From an uncultured Gemmataceae bacterium (GTDB lineage: Bacteria; Planctomycetota; Planctomycetia; Gemmatales; Gemmataceae), in assembly GCA_963750165.1 (NCBI GenBank), contig CAVVPN010000011.1, forward strand, positions 1,728,001 through 1,792,000: DNA of 64,000 nt, written 5' to 3'. This document shows, piece by piece, positions 1 through 10,405 of the stretch. Made by a program: the position numbers and the translations under genes. The notes under the pieces are model-generated. The model did not search any database. It saw only the letters and a list, made by a program, of their open reading frames with translations, and was not told where the DNA came from. How positions within the stretch are numbered: position 1 is the first letter of the stretch; each line of letters opens with the position of its first letter.

Positions 1-671
1 GCGTCGGTTTCGTGGGTCAGGATTTCCTTGTACAACTCAATGGCCCGGGTGCGGTCGAGGGTCATCTTGTCGTACAGCCGGGCGGCGCGCAGCCGGGCGT
101 CGCGCGTCGTCGTCGGGTTCCACTGGAAGCAGCGCTCGTAGTACGCCGCCGAGCGCCGGTACTGCCGATACACCTTGCTCTCGTAGATGTCGCCCAGCAT
201 GTAGGCGGCGTCGGAGATCTTGTCGCTGTGCGGGTACTGCGTCAGCAACTGCTGAAACAGGATTTCCGCGCACCGCTGGTTGTCCTGGTATTCCGTGCTC
301 CAGCCCTTGTCCTTGTACGACATGGCGCGCGTGAACAGCTTGTTGGCATCGGGCACGTTGATGGGGTCGGGCATCTTGCGTGGCGGCACTTCCAGTTCGA
401 GGCGGAACGCCTGGTGGGGGATGCGGTGGAACTGCCGCAACTCCTCTTCGGCCCAGCGGGCCTTCTCCGTGTCGCTGACCTGGTTATAGTGGGCGCGCAG
501 CTGTTCCAGCGTATGCTGGTAGTTCTTGCGCACGGCGATCAGGCGTTCGACCAGTTCAAAGTCGGACATGCCGCCGGGGTTGTTCTTGGCGTCGGGGGCC
601 TGGGCGGTGGTGACGCCCAGGCCGGCGCAGAGCACGAGCGTGGCAATCAGGGGGACGTGGCGGTAGGCCAT
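1..671 (-). CDS. Secreted TPR-like protein (BamD/YfiO-like), 3' end runs off the window
   Basis: Manual translation from ATG at 671: MAYRHVPLIATLVLCAGLG (signal peptide) ... LLTQYPHSDKISDAAYMLGDIYE (TPR-like). GAGG lies just upstream. No stop inside the window, so absent from the ORF track. Confidence 0.65.
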   Translation of the reverse strand, partial: MAYRHVPLIATLVLCAGLGVTTAQAPDAKNNPGGMSDFELVERLIAVRKNYQHTLEQLRAHYNQVSDTEKARWAEEELRQFHRIPHQAFRLELEVPPRKMPDPINVPDANKLFTRAMSYKDKGWSTEYQDNQRCAEILFQQLLTQYPHSDKISDAAYMLGDIYESKVYRQYRRSAAYYERCFQWNPTTTRDARLRAARLYDKMTLDRTRAIELYKEILTHETD

Positions 672-729
672 ACAAACCTCACCTCGCAGGTCAAGCGAAA
701 GGGTGTGAGGTCGGGCCGGGCCACGCGTC

Positions 730-1839
730 TCACGATGAGGTTGGGGCCGTGACGCTGCGTGGCTCGATCCGACCGAAAATCATGCGCCCCGCGGGGGTCT
801 GCAACACGCTGGTGACCGTGATGTTGACCTCCTGCCCGATCGCGGAACGGCCCTGCTCCACCACCACCATGGTGCCGTCGTCGAGATAGCCGACGCCCTG
901 CCCGGGCTGGTCGCCGTGCTTGACAATGCGGATGGGCAGATGCTCGCCCGGCAGCGCCACCAGCTTCAGGGCGTTGGCCAACTCGTTCAGGTTGATAACG
1001 TCCACGCCCTGCAACTGGGCGATCTTGTTCAGGTTGAAGTCGTTGGTCACGACGCGGGCGCCAAGCGCCTTGGCCAGGCCGACCAGGCGCTCGTCCACCT
1101 TTTGCAACTCGCGCAACTCGGGCAGGTTGGCCTCGTGCATTTGCAACTCCACCTTGGAGTTGTTCTGCATCCGCTTGAGCATGTCCAGCCCGCGGCGACC
1201 GCGGTTGCGCTTGATCTTGTCCGAGCTGTCGGCGATCCCTTGCAGTTCTTGCAGGACGAAACGCGGCACCACCAACTTGGTGTCGATGATCCCCGTATCA
1301 CAAATATCGGCAATCCGGCCGTCGATGATGACACTGGTGTCGAGCACGAGCGGTTTCTGGCCCTTGACCTGTTTGGAAAATTCCACGTAGGGGATGATGA
1401 AGCGGAATTCGTCCTTGGTCTGCAGCAGCGTGGAGGTGGAGATGTAGCAGCAGATGATGGTGATGAGCAGGCGGATGGCCTGGAGCAGGTTGGCGTCGTT
1501 GCCGACCATGTCCTTGATGAACGGTTCCAGGGCGGTGGTAAACAGGGTGCCGAGCAGCAGCCCGAGCAGCAGGCCAAAATAGACCGCCGAGATGCTGGTG
1601 ATCTGCTTGTTGCGCACCGCCAGGTCGATGACGACGACGAAAAGGCCGGCGGCGAGGATGCCGACGAACGCCCGGATGGCCGTCTCGGGGTCCTTGCGCT
1701 GGTCGTTAAAGTAGGTAAAGGCCATCCAGGCCATGAGGATGATGAGCACCCCAAAGCCGCCGCGCAGCAGCCACAGCAGGACATTACCGGGGGCCGGCTT
1801 GCCGCCCAATTGATCTGAGGAAAACCAGCGGGAAAACAT
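730..1839 (-). CDS. PIN/TRAM domain membrane protein (YacL-like)
   Basis: N-terminal TM helices, PIN motif LDTSVIIDGRI, RGRRGLD, C-terminal TRAM QGVGYLDDGTMVVVE. Start chosen at MFSRW. Confidence 0.9.
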   Translation of the reverse strand: MFSRWFSSDQLGGKPAPGNVLLWLLRGGFGVLIILMAWMAFTYFNDQRKDPETAIRAFVGILAAGLFVVVIDLAVRNKQITSISAVYFGLLLGLLLGTLFTTALEPFIKDMVGNDANLLQAIRLLITIICCYISTSTLLQTKDEFRFIIPYVEFSKQVKGQKPLVLDTSVIIDGRIADICDTGIIDTKLVVPRFVLQELQGIADSSDKIKRNRGRRGLDMLKRMQNNSKVELQMHEANLPELRELQKVDERLVGLAKALGARVVTNDFNLNKIAQLQGVDVINLNELANALKLVALPGEHLPIRIVKHGDQPGQGVGYLDDGTMVVVEQGRSAIGQEVNITVTSVLQTPAGRMIFGRIEPRSVTAPTSS

Positions 1840-1966
1840 GGACAACCTCCGAAAGCGCCGGGCCGCGGCGCGGGCTGGGGGCGTGGGTTGGCGAAGGGGC
1901 GGTGCCGGTCGGCCCGCCAGGGGGGGTGGCGGCCTCTGGGCCTGGCCCTTGGCAGCAACGGCCATT

Positions 1967-3136
1967 CTATACGGGAGTGTACGGCTGGAACAGTCTTTGG
2001 TACTCGTCCTGGGCATAGCGGTCGGTCATGCCGGCCAGGTAGTCGCAGACGGTCTGGTGCAGGGCGCCACCGAGGGCGCGCCGGGCGTAGCGCTCCGGCA
2101 GTTGCCGCGGCTCCCGACAGTACTCCGCGAACAGTTGCCGCAGGAAGCGCTGGCCCTTGGCGGCCATGCGCATCACGCGGTGGTGGTGGTAGACGCGCTG
2201 CCGCAAGAATTCTTCCAGGCTCGTCTTGAGCGCCCGCACCTCCGGCCCCGGGGCGGCCAGCAGCGCGGCGGCGGCGCGCACGTCCTCGACGGTGCGGACG
2301 CGCTGCTGCCGCAACCGCTGCCGGGTGTGCTCCAGCAGGTCGTTGACCTGCCAGTTGATGAGTTCGCGCAGGACGGTGGGCACGAACTGCTCCGGCCCCG
2401 CCCGGCTGGTGTGCCGCCGCACGCGCTCGACCCCCTGCTGCCAGAACGGCACGTCCTGCAGATCGGCGGCCGCGATCAGGCCAACGTTGAGGGCGTCGTC
2501 GAGGTCATGGGTGTCGTAGGCGAGGCTATCGGCGGCGTCCACGACCTGGGCTTCGAGGAAGGGTTGGCCGCCGTCCTGGTATTCGCGGAGGTCGGGGTCA
2601 TCGCGGTGTTTGCCGTGCAGGGCCTGGGCCTGGCGGACCTCGAAGGACAGGTTGAGGCCAGGGAAGTCGGCGTAACGGTATTCGAGGACTTCGAGGATGC
2701 GCAGGCCATGGCGGTTGTGCTCGAAGCCGCCGTGGTCGCGCATGCAGTCATTGAGGGCGTCCTCGCCGGCGTGGCCGAAGGGCGGATGGCCGAGGTCGTG
2801 GGCCAGGGCGATGGCTTCGGTGAGGTCTTCGTTCAGGCCGAGCTGGCGGGCGATGGTACGGCTGATCTGGGCGACTTCGAGGGTGTGCGTCAGGCGGGTG
2901 CGGTGGTAGTCGTTGGTCTGGTTGACGAGCACCTGGGTCTTGTACATGAGGCGGCGGAAGGCGGTGCTGTGGACGATGCGGTCGCGGTCGCGGGTGTACA
3001 GCGGCCTGTAGGCGTGGTCCTGTTCGGGGTAACGACGGCCGCGGCTCAGGCGTGTGCGCATGGCGTAGGGGGCCAGCAGTTCCTCCTCGCGCTGCAGCCA
3101 GTCGATGGGCACCAGGTTCCAGGGGTCGTCGCTCAT
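1967..3136 (-). CDS. dgt: Deoxyguanosinetriphosphate triphosphohydrolase (HD family)
   Basis: RDRDRIVHSTAFRRL, RTRLTHTLEVAQ, HDLGHPPFGHAGE, DYLAGMTDRYA. Confidence 0.93.
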   Translation of the reverse strand: MSDDPWNLVPIDWLQREEELLAPYAMRTRLSRGRRYPEQDHAYRPLYTRDRDRIVHSTAFRRLMYKTQVLVNQTNDYHRTRLTHTLEVAQISRTIARQLGLNEDLTEAIALAHDLGHPPFGHAGEDALNDCMRDHGGFEHNRHGLRILEVLEYRYADFPGLNLSFEVRQAQALHGKHRDDPDLREYQDGGQPFLEAQVVDAADSLAYDTHDLDDALNVGLIAAADLQDVPFWQQGVERVRRHTSRAGPEQFVPTVLRELINWQVNDLLEHTRQRLRQQRVRTVEDVRAAAALLAAPGPEVRALKTSLEEFLRQRVYHHHRVMRMAAKGQRFLRQLFAEYCREPRQLPERYARRALGGALHQTVCDYLAGMTDRYAQDEYQRLFQPYTPV

Positions 3137-3169
3137 GAGGGCCTCATCGGTTCTGCCGCTTGGGGTCCG

Positions 3170-3393
3170 GTTGTGGCCTGGTCTCCCGACCAGGCCACGG
3201 TTGTGGCCGGGTCCCCGGTTGTGGCCTGGTCTCCCGACCAGGCCACTCGGCCGGATCGAAGGTCTCCCGCCTTCCCGCGACTATGAAGAGGAGACCTTCG
3301 GTCGCAGGTCGTGGCACGGTCAGGAGACCGTGCCACAACGGGCACAACGGGGGGAGGTCAAGAGACCGTGCCACAACGGGGATGTGCCACAAC
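3170..3393. repeat. Composite REP/REPIN-like palindromic element
   Basis: GTTGTGGCCTGGTCTCCCGACCAGGCCAC at 3170 and 3218, inverted variant GTGGCACGGTCAGGAGACCGTGCCACAAC at 3311-3339, plus partial copies. A related element lies at 56524-56629. Confidence 0.85.
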
Positions 3394-3406
3394 GGGGATT
3401 TCGGAT

Positions 3407-3901
3407 TTATTCGCGCAATTGCGCCGTCAACAAATCATACAGCGTTTCCAGCGACTGCACGATAACGCGCACGTCGCTGACGACGGTCATGAAGTTGGTG
3501 TCGCCGTTCCAGCGCGGCACCAGATGCCAGTGCAGATGGCCCGGCAGGCCAGCGCCGGCGGCACGACCGAGGTTCAGGCCGATGTTGTAGCCGTCGGGCC
3601 GCAGCAGGCCGTCGAGGGTGCGCACCAGGCGCTGCAGGAGTTGCTGCGTGTCGAGCAGCACGTCGGGCGACAGTTCGTCGAGGCGGCCGAGGTGCGCCCG
3701 CGGCGCCACCAGCAGGTGACCGTTGTTGTACGGGAAGCGGTTCAGGACCACGACGCTGAGGGGGGTGCGCAGGGCGATCAGATGGCGGCGGTCGTCGTCC
3801 TGGGCGAGGCCCTGGCAGATGAAACAGGGCTCGGCGTCGGCGGCCGGCTTCGGGTTGGCGACATATGCCAACCGCCAGGGGGCCCACAGTTGCTCCATCA
3901 T
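3407..3901 (-). CDS. HIT domain protein (Ap4A hydrolase/phosphorylase-like)
   Basis: LWAPWR, CFIC, LNRFPYNNGHLLV, HLHWHLVPRW. Confidence 0.92.
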   Translation of the reverse strand: MMEQLWAPWRLAYVANPKPAADAEPCFICQGLAQDDDRRHLIALRTPLSVVVLNRFPYNNGHLLVAPRAHLGRLDELSPDVLLDTQQLLQRLVRTLDGLLRPDGYNIGLNLGRAAGAGLPGHLHWHLVPRWNGDTNFMTVVSDVRVIVQSLETLYDLLTAQLRE

Positions 3902-3968
3902 GGCGTCCTCTTTATGATAGCGTTCCCGTACAGGCGCTGGACAACTCCCAGTAGACAGGGTGGCAAAT

Positions 3969-4361
3969 ATGGGGCGGCCGGCAAGCAGAAAATTGCAGAT
4001 TCGCTATCACGTGGCGGTGGCGCTGGGCCTGGCGCTCCTGGGGATGCTGGCGCTGTGGTGGGGTTTGAGCATGCGCTCGGACTGGCAACACTGGCTGGCG
4101 TGCTGGCTGGTGGCGGTCAACGTGGTGGCGTTCGGCTACTACGGCTATGACAAGGGGCGGGCGCGGTTCAGCCGGTCGCGCGTGCCGGAGGTGGTGCTGC
4201 ACGGGCTGAGCGCCGTTGGCGGCAGTGTCGGCTCCTTCCTGGCGATGCAGACGTTCCGTCACAAAACCATCAAGGGCTCGTTCCGCCTGCTGTTCTGGAT
4301 CATCGTGCTGTTGCAGCTGACGCTGATTCTCTGGATCATCAAGCTGGTGTGGTTCACGTAA
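3969..4361 (+). CDS. DUF1294 family membrane protein
   Basis: YGYDKGRA...RVPEVVLHGLSAVGGSVGSFLAMQTFRHKT signature. Confidence 0.85.
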   Translation: MGRPASRKLQIRYHVAVALGLALLGMLALWWGLSMRSDWQHWLACWLVAVNVVAFGYYGYDKGRARFSRSRVPEVVLHGLSAVGGSVGSFLAMQTFRHKTIKGSFRLLFWIIVLLQLTLILWIIKLVWFT

Positions 4362-4372
4362 CGGAGAAACCC

Positions 4373-5212
4373 ATGCCGATCATCGACGCGCACGTCCACG
4401 TCTGGACGGACGACACCGCCCGCTATCCGCTGGCCGCGGGCTACATCGCGGAGCAGATGGTGCCGCGTTCGTTCACGCCCGAGCAACTGTTCGCCCACAC
4501 CCGGCCGGCCGGCGTCACACGCATCCAACTCATTCAACCGCGGTTCTACGGATTCGATAACTCTTACATGGTCGATGCGATGGAGCGCCACCCGGGAGTC
4601 TTCGTCGGCACCGCGGTCATCGACCCGCACACGGACGACGTGGCCGCCCGGATGGCGGAGCTGGGGCGCCGCGGCGTGCGCGCTTTCCGCATCCATCCGC
4701 GGCTGAGCGGTCAGCAGCCGGCGACGTGGCTGCGTCCGGAAGGCTTCACGCGGATGTTCGCAACGGCCGCCCACACCCGCCAGTTTGTGAGCTGTCTGAT
4801 CGACCCCGACGGTCTGCCCGAAGTGGATCGCATGTGCGCGGCGCACCGCGACACGCCCGTCATCATCGACCACCTGGCGCGCGTCGGCGGCGACGGCACC
4901 GTCCGCGAAGCCGACACGGAGGCCCTGTGCGCCCTGTCCCGGCACCGCCACGTGTTGGTCAAGCTCGGAGCCTTTTACGCGCTGGGCGCACGGCAGCCGC
5001 CCTACGACGACCTGGTGCCGCTGCTGCACCGGGTCGTGACGGCGTTTGGCCCGCGTCGCTGCATGTGGGAGAGCGATTGCCCCTACCAGGTGCGGCGGCT
5101 GCACACCTATGCGGACAGCCTCGACCTGGTGCGCCGCCTCAATTTTCTGAGCGACGCGGAGCGGGAGTGGCTGTTGTGGAGGACGGCGGCAACATTTCTC
5201 TTCGACGAGTGA
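4373..5212 (+). CDS. Amidohydrolase_2 family protein
   Basis: IIDAHVHVW, IIDHLAR, FGPRRCMWESDCP; GGAG RBS upstream. Confidence 0.88.
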   Translation: MPIIDAHVHVWTDDTARYPLAAGYIAEQMVPRSFTPEQLFAHTRPAGVTRIQLIQPRFYGFDNSYMVDAMERHPGVFVGTAVIDPHTDDVAARMAELGRRGVRAFRIHPRLSGQQPATWLRPEGFTRMFATAAHTRQFVSCLIDPDGLPEVDRMCAAHRDTPVIIDHLARVGGDGTVREADTEALCALSRHRHVLVKLGAFYALGARQPPYDDLVPLLHRVVTAFGPRRCMWESDCPYQVRRLHTYADSLDLVRRLNFLSDAEREWLLWRTAATFLFDE

Positions 5213-5262
5213 CCCCGTTTTCAGTTTCGCGCACCCTGAGCGCGAAACTGAAAACGGGGTCA
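5210..5262. terminator. Perfect 23-bp hairpin between convergent genes (terminator or REP)
   Basis: TGACCCCGTTTTCAGTTTCGCGC-7 nt-GCGCGAAACTGAAAACGGGGTCA. Confidence 0.7.
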
Positions 5263-5292
5263 GGAAAGACTCGAAGCGACCTGAGCCGCTCA

Positions 5293-7146
5293 CTACAGGC
5301 AGGGCGTTTTCCATTGCCGGCTGCCGGGTCCCTGCTTTATCTGGGTCCGCTCGAGGGGCTGGGGGTCGAGCAGCGCCCGCCACTGCTCGGCGGTGGTGCC
5401 GGCGTCTCGGCCGGTCAGCGCCCGCAGCGCGAAGAGGATCGCCTTGCGGTGCGCCGACAACGGTCGGGTTTCAGGTCGCTCGGCCGCGAAGGCGACCTGT
5501 TCTTCCGCGGTCAGCGGCCGGACGCGCACCAGGTAGTCGAAGCGCTGCCAGGCGGGCCAGACGCCGTGATCCTTCACCGGCTGCAGCACCGAGAAGTCCT
5601 GCCGCAGATACGTCACGTCCGCCCGCACCAGCGTGTAGCCGCTGCGCTCCATGTAATAGATGCTGGACCTCTCGGGCACCTCCTCGCCAGGCGGCGGCAC
5701 CGGGGCGCGAACGTGGTCCGTCTTGGCGGTGGACGGCGAATGGCACAGCAGGCAGTTGCGCAGATGGTTAACGCGCACCAGTTCACGCTTCACGAGCACC
5801 CGGCGGTTCGCGACCCGCTGCTGGAAGGGTGCGTCCGGGTCAGGTTCGCCCAGCAGCGCCACCAGGTGCGGAACGGCCTCGGTCGTCCCCAGGGCGGCCA
5901 GGGCCTCGGCGGCGTGCTCGGCGGCTGCCGGCCAGGGGTGGCGCAGGCCGTCGAGCAACACGGGCAGGAATTCTTTGGCAGGTCGCCCGTGCAGCCCCAC
6001 GACGGCCGCGCCGCGCACCTCCGGGTCCAGGTCAAACACGGCGGCCTCGGCGAGGTTTCTGACCGCCTCGCTACGGCTCGTCTCGTTCAGGCGCTTGATA
6101 AAGGAGAACCGCAGGCCGGGGTCCTTCACCGCCAGCATTTGTCGGAGCGCTGACAGCCCCGCCCCGTGGTCGTACAACCCATTGCCATTCTTCTGCAGGG
6201 TCGTCCAGAAGAGTTCCGACTCGTGCAACGGTGCGTCCGGGACGGGCTTGGTCTGTTTCTGCAAGGATTTCTTGGAGGCAACCAGGCTGCCGTCCAGGGC
6301 GGTGCGAATGAGCCGCGACCGAGACTCCAGTTCATACCCTGCCGTCCCAGTCAGCCGGCAGTCCTGGCCCATGCGCCACGGCAGGCCCGCCAGATCCTCT
6401 CGCTTCTCCTTGAGGTGCATCACGAACGCATCCGGGTTGCTCGTGATCTGCTTGGCGATGGCGTTAGCCTGGGCCTGGATGTGCTGTCGGGCCGCCTTCG
6501 CGTCCGTCCCCTTCGTGGGAGCGGCGTCCGTCTCCAGGGCCACCTCCGGGACATCCTTGAGGAGTTGCTCGCGCAGCACCTCCGCGGTGCGCGACTGCTG
6601 GTGTTTGGCCGAGAGTTCGACCGTCGCCCGCACCCTGGCTTGCAGTTCGGCTTTCTGTTGCTCCGGGGTTTTCTGCGGCGCGTCCAGGGCCGTGGCCAGA
6701 CGCTTTGTGGGCGGCAGCTTCACCCAGGCCAGCGTTGTCTCCTTCCGCGGCGCCAGCTTGCCCTGGGCGCGGACGACCTCCGGCGCAGGCGCGGCCGGCG
6801 CCGTGGCGACCGGCGGCAGGGGCGCGGGCGTTTCACGAGTTTCGGGCTGCACGGGTGAAAGCACTTTGAGGCAGGATGGTCCACCATCGCGTGCCGGCGT
6901 TTCGGCGCGGTGGACGAGCACCGCCGTCACCAGGATAGCGGCCAGCAGCATCGTGGCCGCGGTCCCACCGATCACGAGGCCGCGGCGTCCGCCCGCCACG
7001 GCTTCTCCGGGTTCGGCCAGGCGGTAAGTGTTGCCGTTGCGGCGGGCGATGACGAGGCCACCCTTGCAGGCGGGACACTTCGCCGGCCGGCCGGCGCCGG
7101 CGCGGATGGCCGGGAGGGGTTCGCAGTAACAGCAGCGCGAAGACAT
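5293..7146 (-). CDS. Membrane-anchored HEAT-repeat protein with N-terminal Cys knuckle
   Basis: CxxC...CPAC N-terminus, one TM helix, HEAT repeats (DPEVRGAAVVGL, AAEALAALG), NHLRNCLLCH. Confidence 0.65.
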   Translation of the reverse strand: MSSRCCYCEPLPAIRAGAGRPAKCPACKGGLVIARRNGNTYRLAEPGEAVAGGRRGLVIGGTAATMLLAAILVTAVLVHRAETPARDGGPSCLKVLSPVQPETRETPAPLPPVATAPAAPAPEVVRAQGKLAPRKETTLAWVKLPPTKRLATALDAPQKTPEQQKAELQARVRATVELSAKHQQSRTAEVLREQLLKDVPEVALETDAAPTKGTDAKAARQHIQAQANAIAKQITSNPDAFVMHLKEKREDLAGLPWRMGQDCRLTGTAGYELESRSRLIRTALDGSLVASKKSLQKQTKPVPDAPLHESELFWTTLQKNGNGLYDHGAGLSALRQMLAVKDPGLRFSFIKRLNETSRSEAVRNLAEAAVFDLDPEVRGAAVVGLHGRPAKEFLPVLLDGLRHPWPAAAEHAAEALAALGTTEAVPHLVALLGEPDPDAPFQQRVANRRVLVKRELVRVNHLRNCLLCHSPSTAKTDHVRAPVPPPGEEVPERSSIYYMERSGYTLVRADVTYLRQDFSVLQPVKDHGVWPAWQRFDYLVRVRPLTAEEQVAFAAERPETRPLSAHRKAILFALRALTGRDAGTTAEQWRALLDPQPLERTQIKQGPGSRQWKTPCL

Positions 7147-7533
7147 GCCAGAAACCTCCTGAAAGGCACCAACCCTTCGTGGAATGGCTCAAGAAGGTCA
7201 GGGGACCGACGCGACGTTACAGCAGTGGGCGCCGGAAGGACCGCGCCCGTGGGTGTTGCTCGAAGAGCAACCATTGCGATTGGTGAAGTTGATTGTACCC
7301 CAGTCCAGGCCGACCGCAACCGTTTTCTTCCGTGGTGCAGGCGGCTCGCCCGATCGTGTAACCCAGGAACGTGAACGCCTCTTCCGGCACGCGGCACCCA
7401 TGTAGCCCAGCAGCGAATCGGTCAACCGCAGCAGCCGGAAGGGCCGGTCGGTCGGGCCCAGCTGCAGCGAGAACGCGCCGATGGCCACGCGGACGCGGAC
7501 GATCTCTGAAGGCGGTACTACGAACAAATACCG

Positions 7534-9309
7534 TCACATCCGCTCAATCGTGCGAATGCCCAGCAACTGCAGCCCGCACTGGATGACGCGCGCCGTCAGG
7601 TCGCACAGCAGCAGCCGGCTGCGCTTCAGCTCCGGTGTCGGCGCCTTCAGCACCGGGCAGTTCTGGAAGAAGCCGCTGTACGTCTTCGCCAGGTCCCACA
7701 GATACGACGTGATGGCGCTCGGCTGGCACTCCGCCGCCGCGCTCGCCAGCGCCTCCTCGAAGCGCAGCAGCGCCAGCGCCAGCGCCCGCTCGTGCGGCGT
7801 CTCCAGCAGCGGCCGCGGCGGGTCGGTGCGGTAGGGCGTCACGTCCTCGCCGCCCTTGCGGAAGATGCTGCGGTTCCGCGCGTAGGCGTATTGCATGTAC
7901 GTCGCCGTGTTGCCCTGCATCGCCAGCATCTTGTCAAAGTCGAACTTGTAGTCGGTGGTGCGGTTCTGGCACAGGTCCGCGTACTTCACGGCCCCGATGC
8001 CCACCGCTTCTTCCACCTGCCCCCGTTCTTCGGGCGTCAATTCCGGCACCTCTTCACCTCGGGCAAGGCGGTCTTGCCGTGTCTGCTCGTAAACCTCGGC
8101 GGCCCGCCGCACAGCCTCGTTGAGCAGGTCCATTAACTCGGTGCCGCCGCCCCGCCGCGTCGAGAGCAGTTTGCCGTCCGGTCCCAGCACCGAGCCGAAT
8201 TTGACGTGCTCCAGCTTCACCCGGTCGTAGCCCCACCGCCGCGCCGCTGCGAACAGGTTCTCGAAGTGCAGCGACTGCGGCGTGCCGACCACGTACAGGA
8301 TCTCGTCGGGGTGCCAGTGGTCCAACCGATACTGGATCGTCGCCAAATCACTGGTGGTGTAGGTGAACGCGCCGTCCCGCTTGCGCACCAGGGCCGGCGG
8401 CTTGTTCTCTCCAAAGAAGATCGCCATTGCCCCCTGGCTTTCCTGGGCGATGCCCGCTTGTGCCAGACTGTCCACCACGCCGGCGAGCATCGGCTGGTAA
8501 AAACTCTCGCCGTGGAAGTGGTCGAACTCCACGCCCAGCCGCTGGTAAATGTCGTCGATTTCCTCCCGGCACGGCGGCTCGAACAGCTGCCACAGCCGCA
8601 GGTTTTCCGGATCGCCGGCGTGCAGTTTCGCCGTCTCCTGCCGCACCGCCTCCGCGACCGGGTTGCCGGCGGCCCCCTCGTCCTCCTCGCCCTCGGCCTT
8701 CATGAGCTGCCGCACATGCAGGTACAACCGCAGCAGTTCCCGCAACGGCGCCGCCTGGAACGCCACGTCGTCCCGGAAGTGCTTGTAGCCGTACAGCAGG
8801 ATGCCGAACTGTGTGCCCCAGTCGCCGAGGTGGTTGTCCGCGATGACCGTGTGGCCCAGGAACCGGAACAACCGCTTCAGCGCGTCGCCGATGATCGTGC
8901 TCCGCAGGTGGCCGACGTGCAGCGGCTTGGCCACGTTCGGCGAACTGTAGTCGATCACGATGGTCTTCGCCGGCCGCGCCACGCCGACGCCGAGCCGGTC
9001 GCTCTTCGCCATCACTTGCAGCTGCACCGCCAGCCAGTCGTCCCGTAGCCGCAGGTTGATGAAGCCCGGCCCGGCGACCTCCGGCGCTTGCAGTTCGTCG
9101 CCGAGCGGCAGCCGTTGCACGATCTCCTGCGCAACGTCGCGCGGTTTCTTGCCGAGCATCTTGGCCAGACTCATGGCGCAGTTGGCCTGGTAGTCGCCGT
9201 GCCTGGCGTCCTGCGTTGGCTTGACCATCGCGGCGTACGGCGCCGGGTCCGGCACCAGGCCCGTCAGCGCCTGGGCAACCTTGTCCTGCATCAGCTGCAG
9301 CAGATTCAT
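7534..9309 (-). CDS. argS: Arginine--tRNA ligase
   Basis: DYSSPNVAKPLHVGHLRSTIIGD (HIGH), HLGDWGTQFG, GNTATYMQYAYAR. Confidence 0.97.
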   Translation of the reverse strand: MNLLQLMQDKVAQALTGLVPDPAPYAAMVKPTQDARHGDYQANCAMSLAKMLGKKPRDVAQEIVQRLPLGDELQAPEVAGPGFINLRLRDDWLAVQLQVMAKSDRLGVGVARPAKTIVIDYSSPNVAKPLHVGHLRSTIIGDALKRLFRFLGHTVIADNHLGDWGTQFGILLYGYKHFRDDVAFQAAPLRELLRLYLHVRQLMKAEGEEDEGAAGNPVAEAVRQETAKLHAGDPENLRLWQLFEPPCREEIDDIYQRLGVEFDHFHGESFYQPMLAGVVDSLAQAGIAQESQGAMAIFFGENKPPALVRKRDGAFTYTTSDLATIQYRLDHWHPDEILYVVGTPQSLHFENLFAAARRWGYDRVKLEHVKFGSVLGPDGKLLSTRRGGGTELMDLLNEAVRRAAEVYEQTRQDRLARGEEVPELTPEERGQVEEAVGIGAVKYADLCQNRTTDYKFDFDKMLAMQGNTATYMQYAYARNRSIFRKGGEDVTPYRTDPPRPLLETPHERALALALLRFEEALASAAAECQPSAITSYLWDLAKTYSGFFQNCPVLKAPTPELKRSRLLLCDLTARVIQCGLQLLGIRTIERM

Positions 9310-9350
9310 GATGGCACCGAATCGGCGAATTTGTGTATCAGTTTGGTTAA

Positions 9351-9406
9351 TTCCCCGTGCCACGGGGAACACAAACCCCCGGGCGCTCGGCCAAGCGCCG
9401 GGGGTC
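9351..9406. repeat. Two adjacent small palindromes between rsfS and argS
   Basis: TTCCCCGTG-C-CACGGGGAA, then ACCCCCGGGCGCT...AGCGCCGGGGGT. Confidence 0.5.
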
Positions 9407-9437
9407 ATGTTAGAAAACCTGGAAATCCGCGGCACCG

Positions 9438-9821
9438 TCACGCCCAGGGCACCTTGGGGGCGTCGGCCCACAGATCCTCCAGGGAGTAGTATTCGCGCGA
9501 ATCCTGGTCGAACACATGGACCACGATGTCGCCATAGTCCTGCACCACCCACTTGCCGGCCTCGTAGCCCTCGATTGACAGACGGGTTTCTCCCTCGGCG
9601 CGCATGGCGTCGTCAATCTCTTCGGTGATCGTGTGGATTTGCCGGCGACTCAGGCCGGTGACGAGGATGAAGAAGTCATACAGGGGGGTGATGGCCCGCA
9701 TGTCGAGGATGACCACATTGCGGCCTTTGTTGTCCTCGGCCACCCGGGCACAGTTACGGGCGCGTTCGATTGCCACCGCCGCACGTGCGGCCGGTACTTG
9801 TCTCGCGATTGCGCTGCTCAA
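9438..9821 (-). CDS. rsfS: Ribosome silencing factor
   Basis: DFFILVTG..RRQ, WVVQDYGDIVVHVF...REYYSLEDLWAD; TTG start after AAGGAGG. Confidence 0.93.
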   Translation of the reverse strand: MSSAIARQVPAARAAVAIERARNCARVAEDNKGRNVVILDMRAITPLYDFFILVTGLSRRQIHTITEEIDDAMRAEGETRLSIEGYEAGKWVVQDYGDIVVHVFDQDSREYYSLEDLWADAPKVPWA

Positions 9822-10405
9822 AGGACCTCCTTCCGCCGTTGCGCTGCGGGTCTGGAGGTCGGGGCACCTGAGCCCCGCCGCGATCGCATTGTGCAATGAA
9901 TCGCCGTTGGTCACCTCCAGGCCTGAGCTAGATTCAAGCCCACCGTTTGCAGGAAGAAACCCACCCGGCCATCCGTCGATGGCCGTCTTCAGGCATCATC
10001 CTTCATCGGAAGACCGCCGTCAAGCAGTCAATGGCAAAACGCATTCCGATTCCTCCCCAACAGCGCCGCCCCGACGCCGCAGCCTCGTCACAATCCGCGT
10101 AAAGCGCCCGTCATGGAACACGTCCCTCCGCGAACTCCACCATGACACTACGAGCCCCCGGCGTGTTCACGCGCCGGGTGAGATTTGTCGAAACCTTGCC
10201 TTTCCTGCCTGCGTCACGTTTCCTTCATATTGTACACACGGCGCGACTGGGAAAAGCGGGAAATTGGCCGTTTCGTGCCGCTCGCCTCAACCCAGCGGCA
10301 CGAAACGCCACCTGAACCAGCTGCAGCCGGGCCAACGTTGCAGGGCCGGTTTTGCCGATAATAGCGAAGAGGATCGCGCTGGGTTCGGAAGTGAAAGGAG
10401 CAGCG

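Noticed and set aside
730..3901. PIN + dGTPase + HIT as an antiphage nucleotide-depletion system
   Set aside because: Each looks like the ordinary housekeeping form, with host-like composition and no defence-island context
9822..10405. Long intergenic region as a possible ncRNA or riboswitch
   Set aside because: No recognisable conserved RNA motif by eye; a covariance-model search would be needed
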